Shown here: piece by piece, positions 9,509 to 18,946 of the stretch
Layout of the letters: each line of letters starts with the position of its first letter
Position numbering within the stretch: position 1 is the stretch's first letter
Assembly (NCBI GenBank): GCA_963728205.1
Contig: CAVSIV010000001.1
Coordinates: 320,001-384,000, forward strand
Direction: 5' to 3'
Length of the DNA: 64,000 nt
Source of the DNA: an uncultured Chloroflexia bacterium
GTDB lineage: Bacteria > Chloroflexota > Dehalococcoidia > UBA2979
The notes under the pieces: generated by a model
What the model saw: only the letters and a program-made list of their open reading frames with translations
Told to the model about the DNA's origin: nothing
The model's database searches: none
Made by a program: the position numbers and the translations under genes

Positions 9509-11152
9509 CTACTCGTCGTCCCCGGATTCGTCCTCGTCCTCGATGAAGTCCTCGCCGTGGAGGGCCGCCTCGATCTCCTCTTCGTCGAGATCGAGCTCGA
9601 AGCGGCGACCGCCGCGCGCGGGGCGCACGGGCCGCACCGGCGTGGCCTCGCGGCGCACCGGGCCGCCGCGACGCCGGCTGCGCGGGCCGCCGCCGCGGGC
9701 GCGGCCGGCCTCTTCTTCCTCGTCCTCGGGGCGCAGCTCGCGGATCTCCTCCGCGAAGCGCAGGCCGCCGGGCTGCGGGGCCGTGCGCGGGCGCTCCTCG
9801 CGCGTGGGCGCCGGCGCGACTTCGGCCGCGGGGGCTTCCTCCTCGGCCTCGACGAGCTCCGCGAGCACCTCCATCTCGGGGGTGAGGCGGGTGGCCTCCT
9901 CCTCGCGCTGCAGGCGTTCGCGGCGTGCCGCCGCGGCGGCCTGCTCGCTCGGCAGGCCGGGGCGCGCGTAGGCGGCCTGCGACGGGGCAACCTCCTCGGG
10001 TGGCTCGAGCGTCTGCTGCACGGTGGGCACGCCCGGCTGCACGCGCAGCGGGATCGCCTCGAGGTTCGGCTCGGGCGGCGGGTACATGTCCTCGCCGGCC
10101 TTGATCAGCGCGCTCTCCGGGCGAATGTCGATCCGCCAGCCGGTCAGCTTCGCCGCGAGGCGGGCGTTCTGGCCCTCCTTGCCGATCGCGAGGCTGAACT
10201 GCTTGTCCGGCACCGCCAGGAACGCCGTGTGGTTCTCGTCGTCGAGCCGCACCGAGACGACCTCGGCCGGGCTCAACGCGTTGGCGACGAAGGCCCCCTC
10301 GTTGGGGTCCCAGCGAATGAGGTCGATGCGCTCGCCGCCGAGCTCGTTGACGATGTTCTGGATGCGCGACCCGCGCACGCCCACCGACGCGCCGATTGGG
10401 TCGATGCCGTCCTGCCGCGAGATCACGGCGACCTTCGAGCGGTAGCCGGGCTCGCGGGCGATGCCCATGACCTCGACGGCACCGCGCGAGATCTCGGGGA
10501 CCTCGAGCTCGAAGAGTCGCTTGATCAGCTGCGGGTTGGCGCGCGAGACGACGACCTGCGGGCCCTTGGACGCCTTGTAGACCTCCTTCACGTACACGCG
10601 CAGCCGCTGGCCGACGCGGTAGTGCTCGGGCCGGACCTGCTCGGACGCGGGAAGGACGGCCTCCGTGCGGCCGAGGTCCAGGATCACCTGGCGGCGGCCG
10701 CCCTCGACGCGGAGGACGGTGCCGGAGACCAGCTCGCCCTCCTTGCCGGTGAAGTCCTCGAAGACCGACTCGCGCTCGGCCTCGCGCAGGCGCTGCAGAA
10801 CGACCTGCTTCGCTGTCTGCGCGGCGATGCGCCCGGCGTTCGGGTTCTCGGCGAGCGCCTCGCGGACGACGTCGCCGATCTTCGCGTCGGGCTGCCCCAT
10901 CGCGCGGGCGCGCTCCGGCGAGACCTGGATCTCGTCGTCCTCGATGTCGTCGTCGCTCATGACCTCGTAGAGGCGCCAGGCGTGGATGTCGCCGGTCTCG
11001 CGGTCGATCTTGACGGCGATGTCCGCGTACTGGAGGTCGTCCTTCTTGAAGGCCGACGCCATCGCGGCCTCGACGGCCTCGAACACGGTATCGGCGTTGA
11101 GGTTCTTCTCGGCCGACAGCTGCGCGATCGCGGTGACGAACTCGTTCTTCAT
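9509..11152 (-). CDS. nusA: Transcription termination/antitermination factor NusA with long acidic C-terminal tail
   Basis: [54 protein letters not shown]; start MKNEF. Confidence 0.96.
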   Translation of the reverse strand: MKNEFVTAIAQLSAEKNLNADTVFEAVEAAMASAFKKDDLQYADIAVKIDRETGDIHAWRLYEVMSDDDIEDDEIQVSPERARAMGQPDAKIGDVVREALAENPNAGRIAAQTAKQVVLQRLREAERESVFEDFTGKEGELVSGTVLRVEGGRRQVILDLGRTEAVLPASEQVRPEHYRVGQRLRVYVKEVYKASKGPQVVVSRANPQLIKRLFELEVPEISRGAVEVMGIAREPGYRSKVAVISRQDGIDPIGASVGVRGSRIQNIVNELGGERIDLIRWDPNEGAFVANALSPAEVVSVRLDDENHTAFLAVPDKQFSLAIGKEGQNARLAAKLTGWRIDIRPESALIKAGEDMYPPPEPNLEAIPLRVQPGVPTVQQTLEPPEEVAPSQAAYARPGLPSEQAAAAARRERLQREEEATRLTPEMEVLAELVEAEEEAPAAEVAPAPTREERPRTAPQPGGLRFAEEIRELRPEDEEEEAGRARGGGPRSRRRGGPVRREATPVRPVRPARGGRRFELDLDEEEIEAALHGEDFIEDEDESGDDE

Positions 11153-11249
11153 CAGTTCCTGCCAGGCATTCCTCGGGGTCGTCACCACGTCGCCGCGACC
11201 GGATCGCGAGCGTCCGACTGCCGCCCCTGGGTGCGTGGTTGCGTCCAAC

Positions 11250-11275
11250 AAAAAACGTGGGCTGCACGCCCACGT
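11250..11275 (-). promoter_or_regulatory. rimP/nusA-operon leader terminator-like hairpin
   Basis: Minus strand ACGTGGGC-GTGCA-GCCCACGT-TTTTT, ~100 nt upstream of nusA; extended -10-like TGCTACGAT at ~11308-11316. Confidence 0.7.
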
Positions 11276-11485
11276 CTCTGGTGAAGGAGGCGGGTGACTG
11301 GTTGCAATCGTAGCACCGCGCATGGAGGACCGACAAGGAGGAGAGGGCGCCGGGCGCGACCCCGCCGCGTGCTGCGACCCGGAAAGGTGACGGTCCGAGG
11401 CCGATCGATCGTCGGCGGTAAGAGCGCGGCAAGAGCCGCTCCGTAGGGTGCGCGCGCAGGGCCGGTGCAGCGGGGGGCGAGCCTG

Positions 11486-11746
11486 ATGCCGTACGAAAGT
11501 CACGTCGAAGTGTGGGAGTTCACCCCGCGGCAGCGGGACATCGTCGGCCGGATGTTGCGCGGCACCGCGCCCAAGCAGATCGCCCAGCGGCTGGGGCTGG
11601 ACGTGCGGACGATCTACTGGCACGTCGAGAACATCTACCGCATGGCGGACGTGCACAGCCTCGGGGAGTTCTTCGCGTGGGCGAACGACCACCGCGAATG
11701 TTGCAGCCTCCAGCTCGTCTGGAGCACCCCCCGCAGGAGTGCCTGA
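11486..11746 (+). CDS. Stand-alone LuxR/GerE-type HTH regulator
   Basis: FTPRQRDIV..MLRG..PKQIAQRLGLDVRTIYWHVENIYR. Confidence 0.8.
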   Translation: MPYESHVEVWEFTPRQRDIVGRMLRGTAPKQIAQRLGLDVRTIYWHVENIYRMADVHSLGEFFAWANDHRECCSLQLVWSTPRRSA

Positions 11747-11860
11747 CTGCGTTGCCGGAATTGCGGGCCGCGCCCCGGTGGCGCCCGGGCTCGTGCGCCT
11801 GGCGCTCTCCCTAGCATCACGGCATCCAGTCGAGGGCCGGTGATGCGAGAGGAGAGCGGA

Positions 11861-12124
11861 ATGCTTGCCACGATGTCGCCGACGCTGGAGCTGCCGTTCG
11901 ACGCCGTCGAGCTGCCCCGGAACGCCTCGCTGGTTCCGTGGGAGGCGCCCTGGATCGACCTCAGCGGCCGCGAGGTCGAGGGGGACGAGTTCGCGTTCCT
12001 GGCCGCCTGCGTCGTGTGCGTGGCGATCATCAGCGTGGTCGCGGTGGCGGCCATGGTGACCGGCAGCTCGATGGACGCCGGGGTCAACCTCGGCCCGTTC
12101 GGGCTCGAGATCTCGGTCAACTAG
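11861..12124 (+). CDS. Putative RiPP/bacteriocin precursor peptide (87 aa)
   Basis: RBS GAGGAG; acidic/Pro-rich N-half then hydrophobic C-half; directly upstream of an ABC exporter and an RRE-protease. Confidence 0.65.
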   Translation: MLATMSPTLELPFDAVELPRNASLVPWEAPWIDLSGREVEGDEFAFLAACVVCVAIISVVAVAAMVTGSSMDAGVNLGPFGLEISVN

Positions 12125-12191
12125 GGCCGAGCGCACCACGTCGTCTCGGCGGTCGTCGACCGTCGAGGCGACGAACGGAACGAGGACGGGC

Positions 12192-12983
12192 ATGACGGGA
12201 GACAGCGAGCACGTGCCGGTGTGCGCGATGGGCGGCGTCTGGTTTGGCTACGGGCGCGTGCCGGTGCTTCGCGGACTCAATCTAACCGTTGCCCCTGGCA
12301 CGGCGGTGGCGCTGATCGGCCCGAACGGGTGTGGGAAGACGACGACCCTCCATGTGCTGTCGGGCCTCCTGAGGGCGTCGCGCGGCACGGTCGCGATCGC
12401 GGGCCGCGGGGTGCCGGGTCGCCCGGAGGAGGTCAACGCACTCCTGGCATACGTCCCGGATACGCCGACGGGGTTCGAGCACCTCGCCGTCTCGGAGTAC
12501 GCACGGCTCGTCGGCGCGGTGCACCGGGCGGACACGGACTACGCCCGGCGCGTTCGCGACCTGGTGCGCATTCTCGCGCTCGAGCCGTACATCTCGCAGC
12601 CACTCGGCACGCTCTCGTACGGCACGCGTCGCAAGGTCGCGCTCGTCGCGGCAGCGGCCCTCGATCGCCCCCTCCTGATGCTGGACGAGGCGACCAACGG
12701 CCTGGACCCGGAATCGGTGAACGTCGTCGAGAAGCTGGTTCGCTCGATCGTCGCACGCGGGCGAGGGGTGCTGGTCGCGACGCAGGACGTCTATTTCGCC
12801 GAGCGGACCTGCGACGAGGTGGCGCTGCTTCGCGACGGTCGAGTGGTGATCAGTGGTCTGGTGTCCGACGTGAAGCGCGAACGGGGCGCGGCAACCCTCC
12901 GCGACGTGTTCCTTGCTGCGACCGGCCTGGATGTCGAGGATGGAGCGCTCGATGCCGCCCTGGCTCGCGCTGACGCGCGCTGA
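12192..12983 (+). CDS. ABC transporter ATP-binding subunit (exporter type)
   Basis: Walker A GPNGCGKTT, signature LSYGTRRK, Walker B LMLDEATNGLD. Confidence 0.92.
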   Translation: MTGDSEHVPVCAMGGVWFGYGRVPVLRGLNLTVAPGTAVALIGPNGCGKTTTLHVLSGLLRASRGTVAIAGRGVPGRPEEVNALLAYVPDTPTGFEHLAVSEYARLVGAVHRADTDYARRVRDLVRILALEPYISQPLGTLSYGTRRKVALVAAAALDRPLLMLDEATNGLDPESVNVVEKLVRSIVARGRGVLVATQDVYFAERTCDEVALLRDGRVVISGLVSDVKRERGAATLRDVFLAATGLDVEDGALDAALARADAR

Positions 12984-14373
12984 GTTCCTGAGACTGCGAA
13001 CCCTGTCGGCGCTCGCGCGGCGAAATCCGCTCCTCCCGCTTGCCGCCGCCGCGGCGCTGGTCCTGGGAGCGTGGCTCTCGGTTCGAGCCGGGATCGCGAC
13101 GGGCGGCCTCGTCGCGGGGGCGCCTCCGGCGCTGCTCCCGCTCCACACCCTCTTCCTCCTCTCCGCCGGCATGCTCGGTGGTGGGTCCGCCCTCCTGGCC
13201 CCCCGCGCATCTCGACACGATGAGCAGTTGCGGCTGCTGCCCTTGCCGCCGTCGCGCGTCTTCCTCGGCACCACGGCCGTTCCGCTGACGGCTCTCTGGG
13301 TCGGATCGCTCCTGCCCTTCGCGTGCTTCGTCGGGCCGTTCTACTGGCAGATCCCGGTGCCGCATCGGGGCGGCTGGTTTGCAGTGCTCTGCGCCGCGTA
13401 CCTCGCTGCGTGTGTGGTGGGAGCGTCGGTCGCGGAGGCCATCCGCCTGCTCTGGCACGCCCGGGCAAACCCCCGCCAGGCGGCCTTCGCGTGGGTGGCG
13501 TTGCCGATGCCGGCGGCGCTGCTCCTCGTTGCGGTGGTGGGCCGGCGCCCGTGGTGGTCGGGCACGGCCGCGTGGCTCCCCGGCGCGGTCGGGCGACCCT
13601 TCCACGCCGAGAGCGGACTGCTCGCGATCACGGCGATCCTCGCGTCCGGCCTGGTCGCCGGGGTCGTATGGGTCCTGCTCGGCGGGCGGGTGGTGCCAGC
13701 GGCTCGCGCGGAGCGGATCTGGATCACCCTGTCCCCCCGGCATTCCGGGCGATACGTGCTCCTGGGGTGGTGGCTCGTCACGGCGTTCCTGCGCGACACC
13801 CCGCTTTTCCTGAGTGCCATCCTCGCGACATGTGGGGCTGCGGTCCTGGCGTTCGCCAACGTCTTCATGGGGCGCGAAGGTGGACTGCTGGCGCCCCTCG
13901 CCCTGCTGCTCGCGCTTGCCGGCGGCGGGCAGGTTGCCATGACGCTCTCCGAGCGGCTGCAGGCCTCCGGGTGGTTCTGGCGCCTGGCGCCGAGTCCGCG
14001 CGAGGTTCCCGGCCTCTGGTGGTGGGTCGGCGCCTCCGCGCTGGCGATCGCCGTCTCGACTGTGGCTGTTGTGCCGGCGGTCCTGCGCTCGACCGTGCAA
14101 CCCGCGGACGCGGCCGTTCTCCTCGCCGCAAGCAGTTTCGGCGTGTCGGCGCTCGGGCGAGCCACTCCATGGAATAGCCGGTCCCAGTTGCAGCAGGCCG
14201 GGTCGACCGTCCTCTACTTCGGCGGCCTGCTCGGGGTCGGCGGGCTGTTCGACTGGGTCGGCGGGCGCGTGCCGGCACTCATGGCCGCATCTCTCGTCGT
14301 GCTCCTCGTCGCAGCGCTGTCCGCCGGGTTGTGTGCGTATCTGCCGTGGAGGAACTCATGGCGGCAGGCGTAG
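12952..14373 (+). CDS. Polytopic membrane protein, probable ABC exporter permease
   Basis: Many hydrophobic segments; overlaps the ATPase gene; start uncertain (12913-12952). Confidence 0.7.
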   Translation: MPPWLALTRAEFLRLRTLSALARRNPLLPLAAAAALVLGAWLSVRAGIATGGLVAGAPPALLPLHTLFLLSAGMLGGGSALLAPRASRHDEQLRLLPLPPSRVFLGTTAVPLTALWVGSLLPFACFVGPFYWQIPVPHRGGWFAVLCAAYLAACVVGASVAEAIRLLWHARANPRQAAFAWVALPMPAALLLVAVVGRRPWWSGTAAWLPGAVGRPFHAESGLLAITAILASGLVAGVVWVLLGGRVVPAARAERIWITLSPRHSGRYVLLGWWLVTAFLRDTPLFLSAILATCGAAVLAFANVFMGREGGLLAPLALLLALAGGGQVAMTLSERLQASGWFWRLAPSPREVPGLWWWVGASALAIAVSTVAVVPAVLRSTVQPADAAVLLAASSFGVSALGRATPWNSRSQLQQAGSTVLYFGGLLGVGGLFDWVGGRVPALMAASLVVLLVAALSAGLCAYLPWRNSWRQA

Positions 14374-15188
14374 AACGAGCCCGGCTCCCGAGCGACGTCA
14401 CAGTCGCGCCGACGGCGATTGTCGATACCGCGCTCGAGCAGATCTATCCGATCTCGCCGTCGGGCCGGGAGGTGCTGACGCTGCTCCTCGAAGGCAGAAC
14501 GTTCTCGGAGGTCGCCGATCGAATCGCCGCGGACCACCGCCTCGCGCCCGAGCGGGCGGAGCGCCACGTTCGCGAGTTCGCGTACCAGCTGAACCACACG
14601 GATCTGCTCAACGTCGACCCTGGAGGCCTGCGTCGGGAGACGTTGCAGGTCGCGCACACGCTAGCGCTGGCCGCACTTGCACGGCGGCTTCCGAGGTTGC
14701 GGCGGCACCGGTATCCGCTCCGCAATCGGTCGTTTCTGCCGCTGCAGGTCGATGTCGCGCGGGGGATCTTGGTTGGTCTCTGGCCCTGCTGGGCGCTGCT
14801 GGCGGCGATCTACTGCGTCGGTCTCCTTGCCTCGCCCGGGCGAATCGCGGCGCTGTCGTTTGTCCCCGCCCTGCTCGTCGCAACCGTCATTCACGAGTCC
14901 GGTCACGCATTTGCCGTGGGACGGCGCGGTGGGGGCGCGTTCTTGAGCATCGTCGGGATGTCGGTGCGCGTGATGCACTCGCCGCGCTACTCGGGCTTCT
15001 TTGTACACGCGGCCGGCAGCGGGTTCGCCGTCGGATGTGGATTGCTCTGCCTGGCGGTTGCGTACTTGTCGGGCGCTGGGGCCTTCGCGATTGCAAGCGG
15101 TCCATTCCTGGTGAATGCCCTGGCACTGACCGTCCTATCGGCCGATGGACGGCAACTCGTTGTGGGCCCGTGGGAGAGGGAGTCCTGA
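14358..15188 (+). CDS. RRE/PqqD-like domain fused to M50 (site-2) intramembrane metalloprotease
   Basis: N-term YPISPSGREVLTLLLEGRTFSEVADRIAADHRLAPERAERHVREFAYQL (PqqD-like); IHESGH zinc motif, AAG, N..ALTVLSADG; RBS GGAGGA. Confidence 0.75.
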   Translation: MAAGVERARLPSDVTVAPTAIVDTALEQIYPISPSGREVLTLLLEGRTFSEVADRIAADHRLAPERAERHVREFAYQLNHTDLLNVDPGGLRRETLQVAHTLALAALARRLPRLRRHRYPLRNRSFLPLQVDVARGILVGLWPCWALLAAIYCVGLLASPGRIAALSFVPALLVATVIHESGHAFAVGRRGGGAFLSIVGMSVRVMHSPRYSGFFVHAAGSGFAVGCGLLCLAVAYLSGAGAFAIASGPFLVNALALTVLSADGRQLVVGPWERES

Positions 15189-15189
15189 G

Positions 15190-15453
15190 ATGCTCGCGCT
15201 TCGAGCCGGTGCGATTGGCTTCGTCGTGGTTCTGCTCATCGAGGTTGCCTTCAGCGTGGGGCTGATGGTGGTTGCCCAGGCATCGGGGTGGGGTCACATC
15301 CACCTCGCGCTGGGGTCTCTCGACTTCCTGGAGATCACCACGAACACGCCTCGAACGCGCATCGTGATCGGCACCGGCGTCAGCCTGCTCGCCATGGCGG
15401 CGGGCCTGCTGAATGCGGCGGGCGCATACTGGCTGCGCCGTGCCGAGAGGTAA
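15190..15453 (+). CDS. Small membrane protein (2 TM), hypothetical
   Basis: ATG 1 nt after the previous stop; two hydrophobic helices. Confidence 0.6.
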   Translation: MLALRAGAIGFVVVLLIEVAFSVGLMVVAQASGWGHIHLALGSLDFLEITTNTPRTRIVIGTGVSLLAMAAGLLNAAGAYWLRRAER

Positions 15454-15772
15454 GAACAGCCGCCGCAGCGCCCGCGAGCGCTCCAAGGATCCGCCGCCGC
15501 GCCGGCGGCCCGGGCTCGCGACGCGTGTCGTCGTGCAACTCGGACCCGCGATCGTCGGCGTCTACGGCCTCGGCCAGATCCTGGGTAGTGGGTGGCCGGC
15601 CCCGTGGCGTCCACTCGCGGCGACCGCCTGGATCCTCGTTGTCCTGCTCGTGGCGTGGGCGGCACTGTACCGGTGGGGCGGCGAGAAGGAGCGACGCGAC
15701 GTCGCGAGCGCTGCCCAATCCGCGCGCCGCTTCGCCGCGCGGACAGCGGGCCGAAACTCCGGCCGTCGCTAG
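15440..15772 (+). CDS. Small basic membrane protein (2 TM), hypothetical
   Basis: GTG start overlapping the previous gene; hydrophobic VVVQLGPAIVGVYGLG and AWILVVLLVAWAALY. Confidence 0.5.
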   Translation: MPRGKNSRRSARERSKDPPPRRRPGLATRVVVQLGPAIVGVYGLGQILGSGWPAPWRPLAATAWILVVLLVAWAALYRWGGEKERRDVASAAQSARRFAARTAGRNSGRR

Positions 15773-17517
15773 TCCGCGCGCCACTCCGCGAGGAGCGCGT
15801 CGCGCAGCGAGCGCACATGGGCGACGACGTCCGCCCGCTGCACCGGCTCCGCCAGCCCGTCCGCGCGGCGCTGCAGCTCGACCACCCCTGCCTTGTGGTT
15901 GCGGGTCGACACCGTCAGTCGCACGGGGACGCCCAGGAGGTCGGCGTCGTTGAACTTCACGCCGGGCGACTCGTCGCGGTCGTCGAAGAGGACGTCGACT
16001 CCCGCCGCGTGCAGCTCGGTGTAGAGCTGCTCGGCGTCCTCCCGGACGGCGGCATCGCGGTCGAGGCCGAGCCCCACGAGGTGCACCTCGTACGGCGCGA
16101 TCGCCGCCGGCCACGCGATCCCCTTGTCGTCGTGGTGCGCCTCCACGGCGGCGGCGACGATGCGGCCGAGCCCGATGCCGTAGCAGCCCATGACCGGCGT
16201 GACCGGCTTGCCGTCAACCCCGTCGACGGTCACCTCCATCGCCGTGGTGTAGGTCGTGCCGAGGCGGAAGACGTGCCCCATCTCGATGCCGCGTTCGACG
16301 CGCAGCGTCCCGCCATCGCAGCGGGGGCAGCCGAAGCCCGGGCGCGCGAGGGCGATGTCGGCGACGGTCGCGGCCGTCCAGTCGCGGCCGTAGTTCACGT
16401 TGCGCAGGTGCTCTCCGATGCGGTTCGCGCCGGCGACGAGGTTCGGCGACTCGGGGAGCGAGATGTCCGCGACGACCTGTACGCCGCTCGGCGCATCGAT
16501 GGGCGAGGCGTAGCCGGCGACGAGGCCGTGCTCGGCCACCTCCGGATCGAGCATGGGCCGCAGCTCGCGTCCCCCGAGGGCATTCATGAGCTTCACCTCG
16601 TTGACGTCGAGGTCGCCCCGCACCACCGCGAACACCGGCAAGTCGGACTCGCCGTGCTTGCCCTTCGCCATGAAGAAGACGGCCTTCGCGGTACGCCGCG
16701 GCTCAACCTCGAGGAAGCGCGCCAGGTCCTCGATGGTCGTCATGCCGGGGGTCTCGACCGGCTCCAGGGGCAGCGGCGCCTCGCGCTCGGCGGGCGGTCG
16801 GACGAACTCCGCCTTCTCGGTGTTGGCCGCGTAGTCGCAGGCGTCGCAGACGACGATCGTGTCCTCGCCGGTGTCCGACACGAAGATGAACTCCTGTGAC
16901 CCCTTCCCGCCGATCGCGCCCGAGTCGGCCTCCACGGGGACGACCGGCACGCCGCAGCGCGCGAAGACGCGCTTGTAGGCGTCGAACATGAGGCGGTACG
17001 AGTCGTCGAGGCCGGCGTCGTCGAGGTCGAAGGAGTACGCGTCCTTCATCGTGAACTCACGCACGCGGATGAGGCCGCCTCGTGGACGCGCCTCGTCGCG
17101 GAACTTCGACTGCACCTGGTAGAGGATGACGGGGACATCGCGGTACGAGGACGTGTGCCGGTCGAAGAGCTGGGTGACGACCTCCTCGTGCGTCGGCCCG
17201 AGTGCGAGCCCGCGCTCGCGCCGGTCGACGAGCTGGAAGAGGACGTCGCCCATCGCCTCCTTGCGGCCGGTCTTCTCCCAGAGCTCGATGGGCTGGATCA
17301 CCGGCATGCGCACCTCGAGGGCGCCGGCGGCGTCCATCTCCTCTCGGATGATGCGCTCGACCTTGCGTTCGACGCGCCAGCCGAGCGGAAGATACGAGTA
17401 CACGCCCGCCATCAGCTGATCGATGAAGCCGCCGCGCAGCAGCAGCGAGTGGCTGGCGGTCTCGGCCTCCCCGGGTGCTTCGCGGAGCGTGCGGCCGAAC
17501 AGGCGCGTCATTCTCAT
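15769..17517 (-). CDS. proS: Proline--tRNA ligase
   Basis: LGPTHEEV, FRDEARPRGGLIRVREFTMKDAYSF, GIEMGHVF, MGCYGIG. Confidence 0.97.
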   Translation of the reverse strand: MRMTRLFGRTLREAPGEAETASHSLLLRGGFIDQLMAGVYSYLPLGWRVERKVERIIREEMDAAGALEVRMPVIQPIELWEKTGRKEAMGDVLFQLVDRRERGLALGPTHEEVVTQLFDRHTSSYRDVPVILYQVQSKFRDEARPRGGLIRVREFTMKDAYSFDLDDAGLDDSYRLMFDAYKRVFARCGVPVVPVEADSGAIGGKGSQEFIFVSDTGEDTIVVCDACDYAANTEKAEFVRPPAEREAPLPLEPVETPGMTTIEDLARFLEVEPRRTAKAVFFMAKGKHGESDLPVFAVVRGDLDVNEVKLMNALGGRELRPMLDPEVAEHGLVAGYASPIDAPSGVQVVADISLPESPNLVAGANRIGEHLRNVNYGRDWTAATVADIALARPGFGCPRCDGGTLRVERGIEMGHVFRLGTTYTTAMEVTVDGVDGKPVTPVMGCYGIGLGRIVAAAVEAHHDDKGIAWPAAIAPYEVHLVGLGLDRDAAVREDAEQLYTELHAAGVDVLFDDRDESPGVKFNDADLLGVPVRLTVSTRNHKAGVVELQRRADGLAEPVQRADVVAHVRSLRDALLAEWRAD

Positions 17518-17635
17518 GCGCGCGAGTCTAGGGTCGGGGGTATGGGCGGGCAACGCGCGCGGCGCGCGCTGCACCCCGAAGCGCCGCCGCGCTACCCTCG
17601 CGGCCATCCTACCGGGGCACGAGAGGAGAGACGAA

Positions 17636-18559
17636 ATGGCGGGACGGCTCGAAGGCAAGGTCGCGATCGTGACGGGCGCCGGGCGCGGCATCGGCCGCGG
17701 GGAGGCGCTGGCCCTGGCGTCGGAGGGCGCGGCCGTGGTCGTGAACGACCTCGGCGGATCGACTTCGGGCGAGGGCTCGGACCAGGGCCCGGCACAGGAC
17801 GTCGTCTCCGAGATCGAGAAGGCGGGCGGCCGAGCCGTCGCGAACACGATGGACATCACCGACCACGAGGCGAGCGCGGAGATCATCCGCCAGGCGCTCG
17901 ACACGTTCGGGCGGCTCGACATCGTCGTGAACAACGCCGGCATCCTGCGCGACCGCATGATCTTCAACATGAGCGAGGACGAGTGGGACGACGTGATCCG
18001 CGTCCACCTCAAGGGCACGTTCAACATCTGCAAGCACGCGTCGGTGGTCTTCCGCCAGCAGCGCGGCGGTCGCTTCATCAACACCGGATCCGAGTCCGGC
18101 CTCGGCAGCCCCGGCCAGCCGAACTACGCCGCGGCGAAGGAGGGCATCGTCGGCCTGACGCGCTCGCTCGCGTCCGCGATGTCGCGCTACAACTGCACGG
18201 CAAACGCCGTGCGACCGCGCGCGGCGACGCGCATGACGCTGTCGCCGGAGATGGAGGCCGCGGCGCGCGCCCGCGAGGCCCGCGGCGAGGTGCGGGAGGG
18301 CGGCATGAACATCGCCGCGCTCGACCCGAACGTCGTGGGCGCGCTCGTCGCGTTCCTGGCGTCGGACGCCGCGCAGGACATCAACGGGCGCGACTTCCTG
18401 GTGGGCGGCGGCGAGATCGGCGTGTTCACGATCCCGACGGTGGAGGCGCGCATCTTCTCGGCGACGGGCCAGTGGACGGTCGACGAGGTGTTCGAGCGGT
18501 TCCCGTCGACCATCGGCGCGGTGGTGAAGGCGGGCCGGGGGCCGGGCATCGGCGGATAG
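17636..18559 (+). CDS. SDR family NAD(P)-dependent oxidoreductase
   Basis: TGAGRGIG, NNAGILRD, NYAAAK; RBS GAGGAG. Confidence 0.93.
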   Translation: MAGRLEGKVAIVTGAGRGIGRGEALALASEGAAVVVNDLGGSTSGEGSDQGPAQDVVSEIEKAGGRAVANTMDITDHEASAEIIRQALDTFGRLDIVVNNAGILRDRMIFNMSEDEWDDVIRVHLKGTFNICKHASVVFRQQRGGRFINTGSESGLGSPGQPNYAAAKEGIVGLTRSLASAMSRYNCTANAVRPRAATRMTLSPEMEAAARAREARGEVREGGMNIAALDPNVVGALVAFLASDAAQDINGRDFLVGGGEIGVFTIPTVEARIFSATGQWTVDEVFERFPSTIGAVVKAGRGPGIGG

Positions 18560-18604
18560 GGCGGCGGCCGGCTCGACGCGAGGATGGGACGAGCGGCGGC
18601 GGTG

Positions 18605-18916
18605 TCAGCCGCCGCTCGCAGCGTCCAGGGGCACCGACGCGAAGTGCTGCACGAGGGGGAACGGGTCGTAGAAGTGGTGCAGGAGGGCGCGCCAGCGCTC
18701 GTACTGCGGTGAGCCGCGAAAGCCCTCGGTGTGATCCTCGAGCCGCCGCCAGCGCACGAGCAGCAGGTAGGTCGATGGCGCCTCGACGCAGCGCTGGAGC
18801 TCGTGTCCTCGATAGCCATCGATCGATGCGATGAGCGGCGAAGCCTCGCGGAAGGCTGCCTCGAACTCGGCCTCTCGGCCGGGCAGCACGTGGAGCATCG
18901 CGGCTTCGAGAATCAT
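18605..18916 (-). CDS. Antibiotic biosynthesis monooxygenase (ABM) family protein
   Basis: MILEAAML.V.PG...FE, YLLLVRW..LEDHTEGFRGS..Y..W..LLHHFYDPFP. Confidence 0.88.
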   Translation of the reverse strand: MILEAAMLHVLPGREAEFEAAFREASPLIASIDGYRGHELQRCVEAPSTYLLLVRWRRLEDHTEGFRGSPQYERWRALLHHFYDPFPLVQHFASVPLDAASGG

Positions 18917-18946
18917 CAGCGGACCTCCGGCCATCCCTGGCTGGCG

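Noticed and set aside
11153-12193. 346-aa N-terminal extension of NusA given in the ORF track
   Set aside because: It is the antisense shadow of the HTH and peptide genes; NusA similarity begins at MKNEF
11861-15188. Assignment of the peptide cluster to daptides, lanthipeptides or epipeptides
   Set aside because: Class-defining enzymes are absent and the peptide ends in Asn, not Thr
11320-15772. Active mobile element carrying the peptide island
   Set aside because: No integrase, transposase or flanking direct repeats seen
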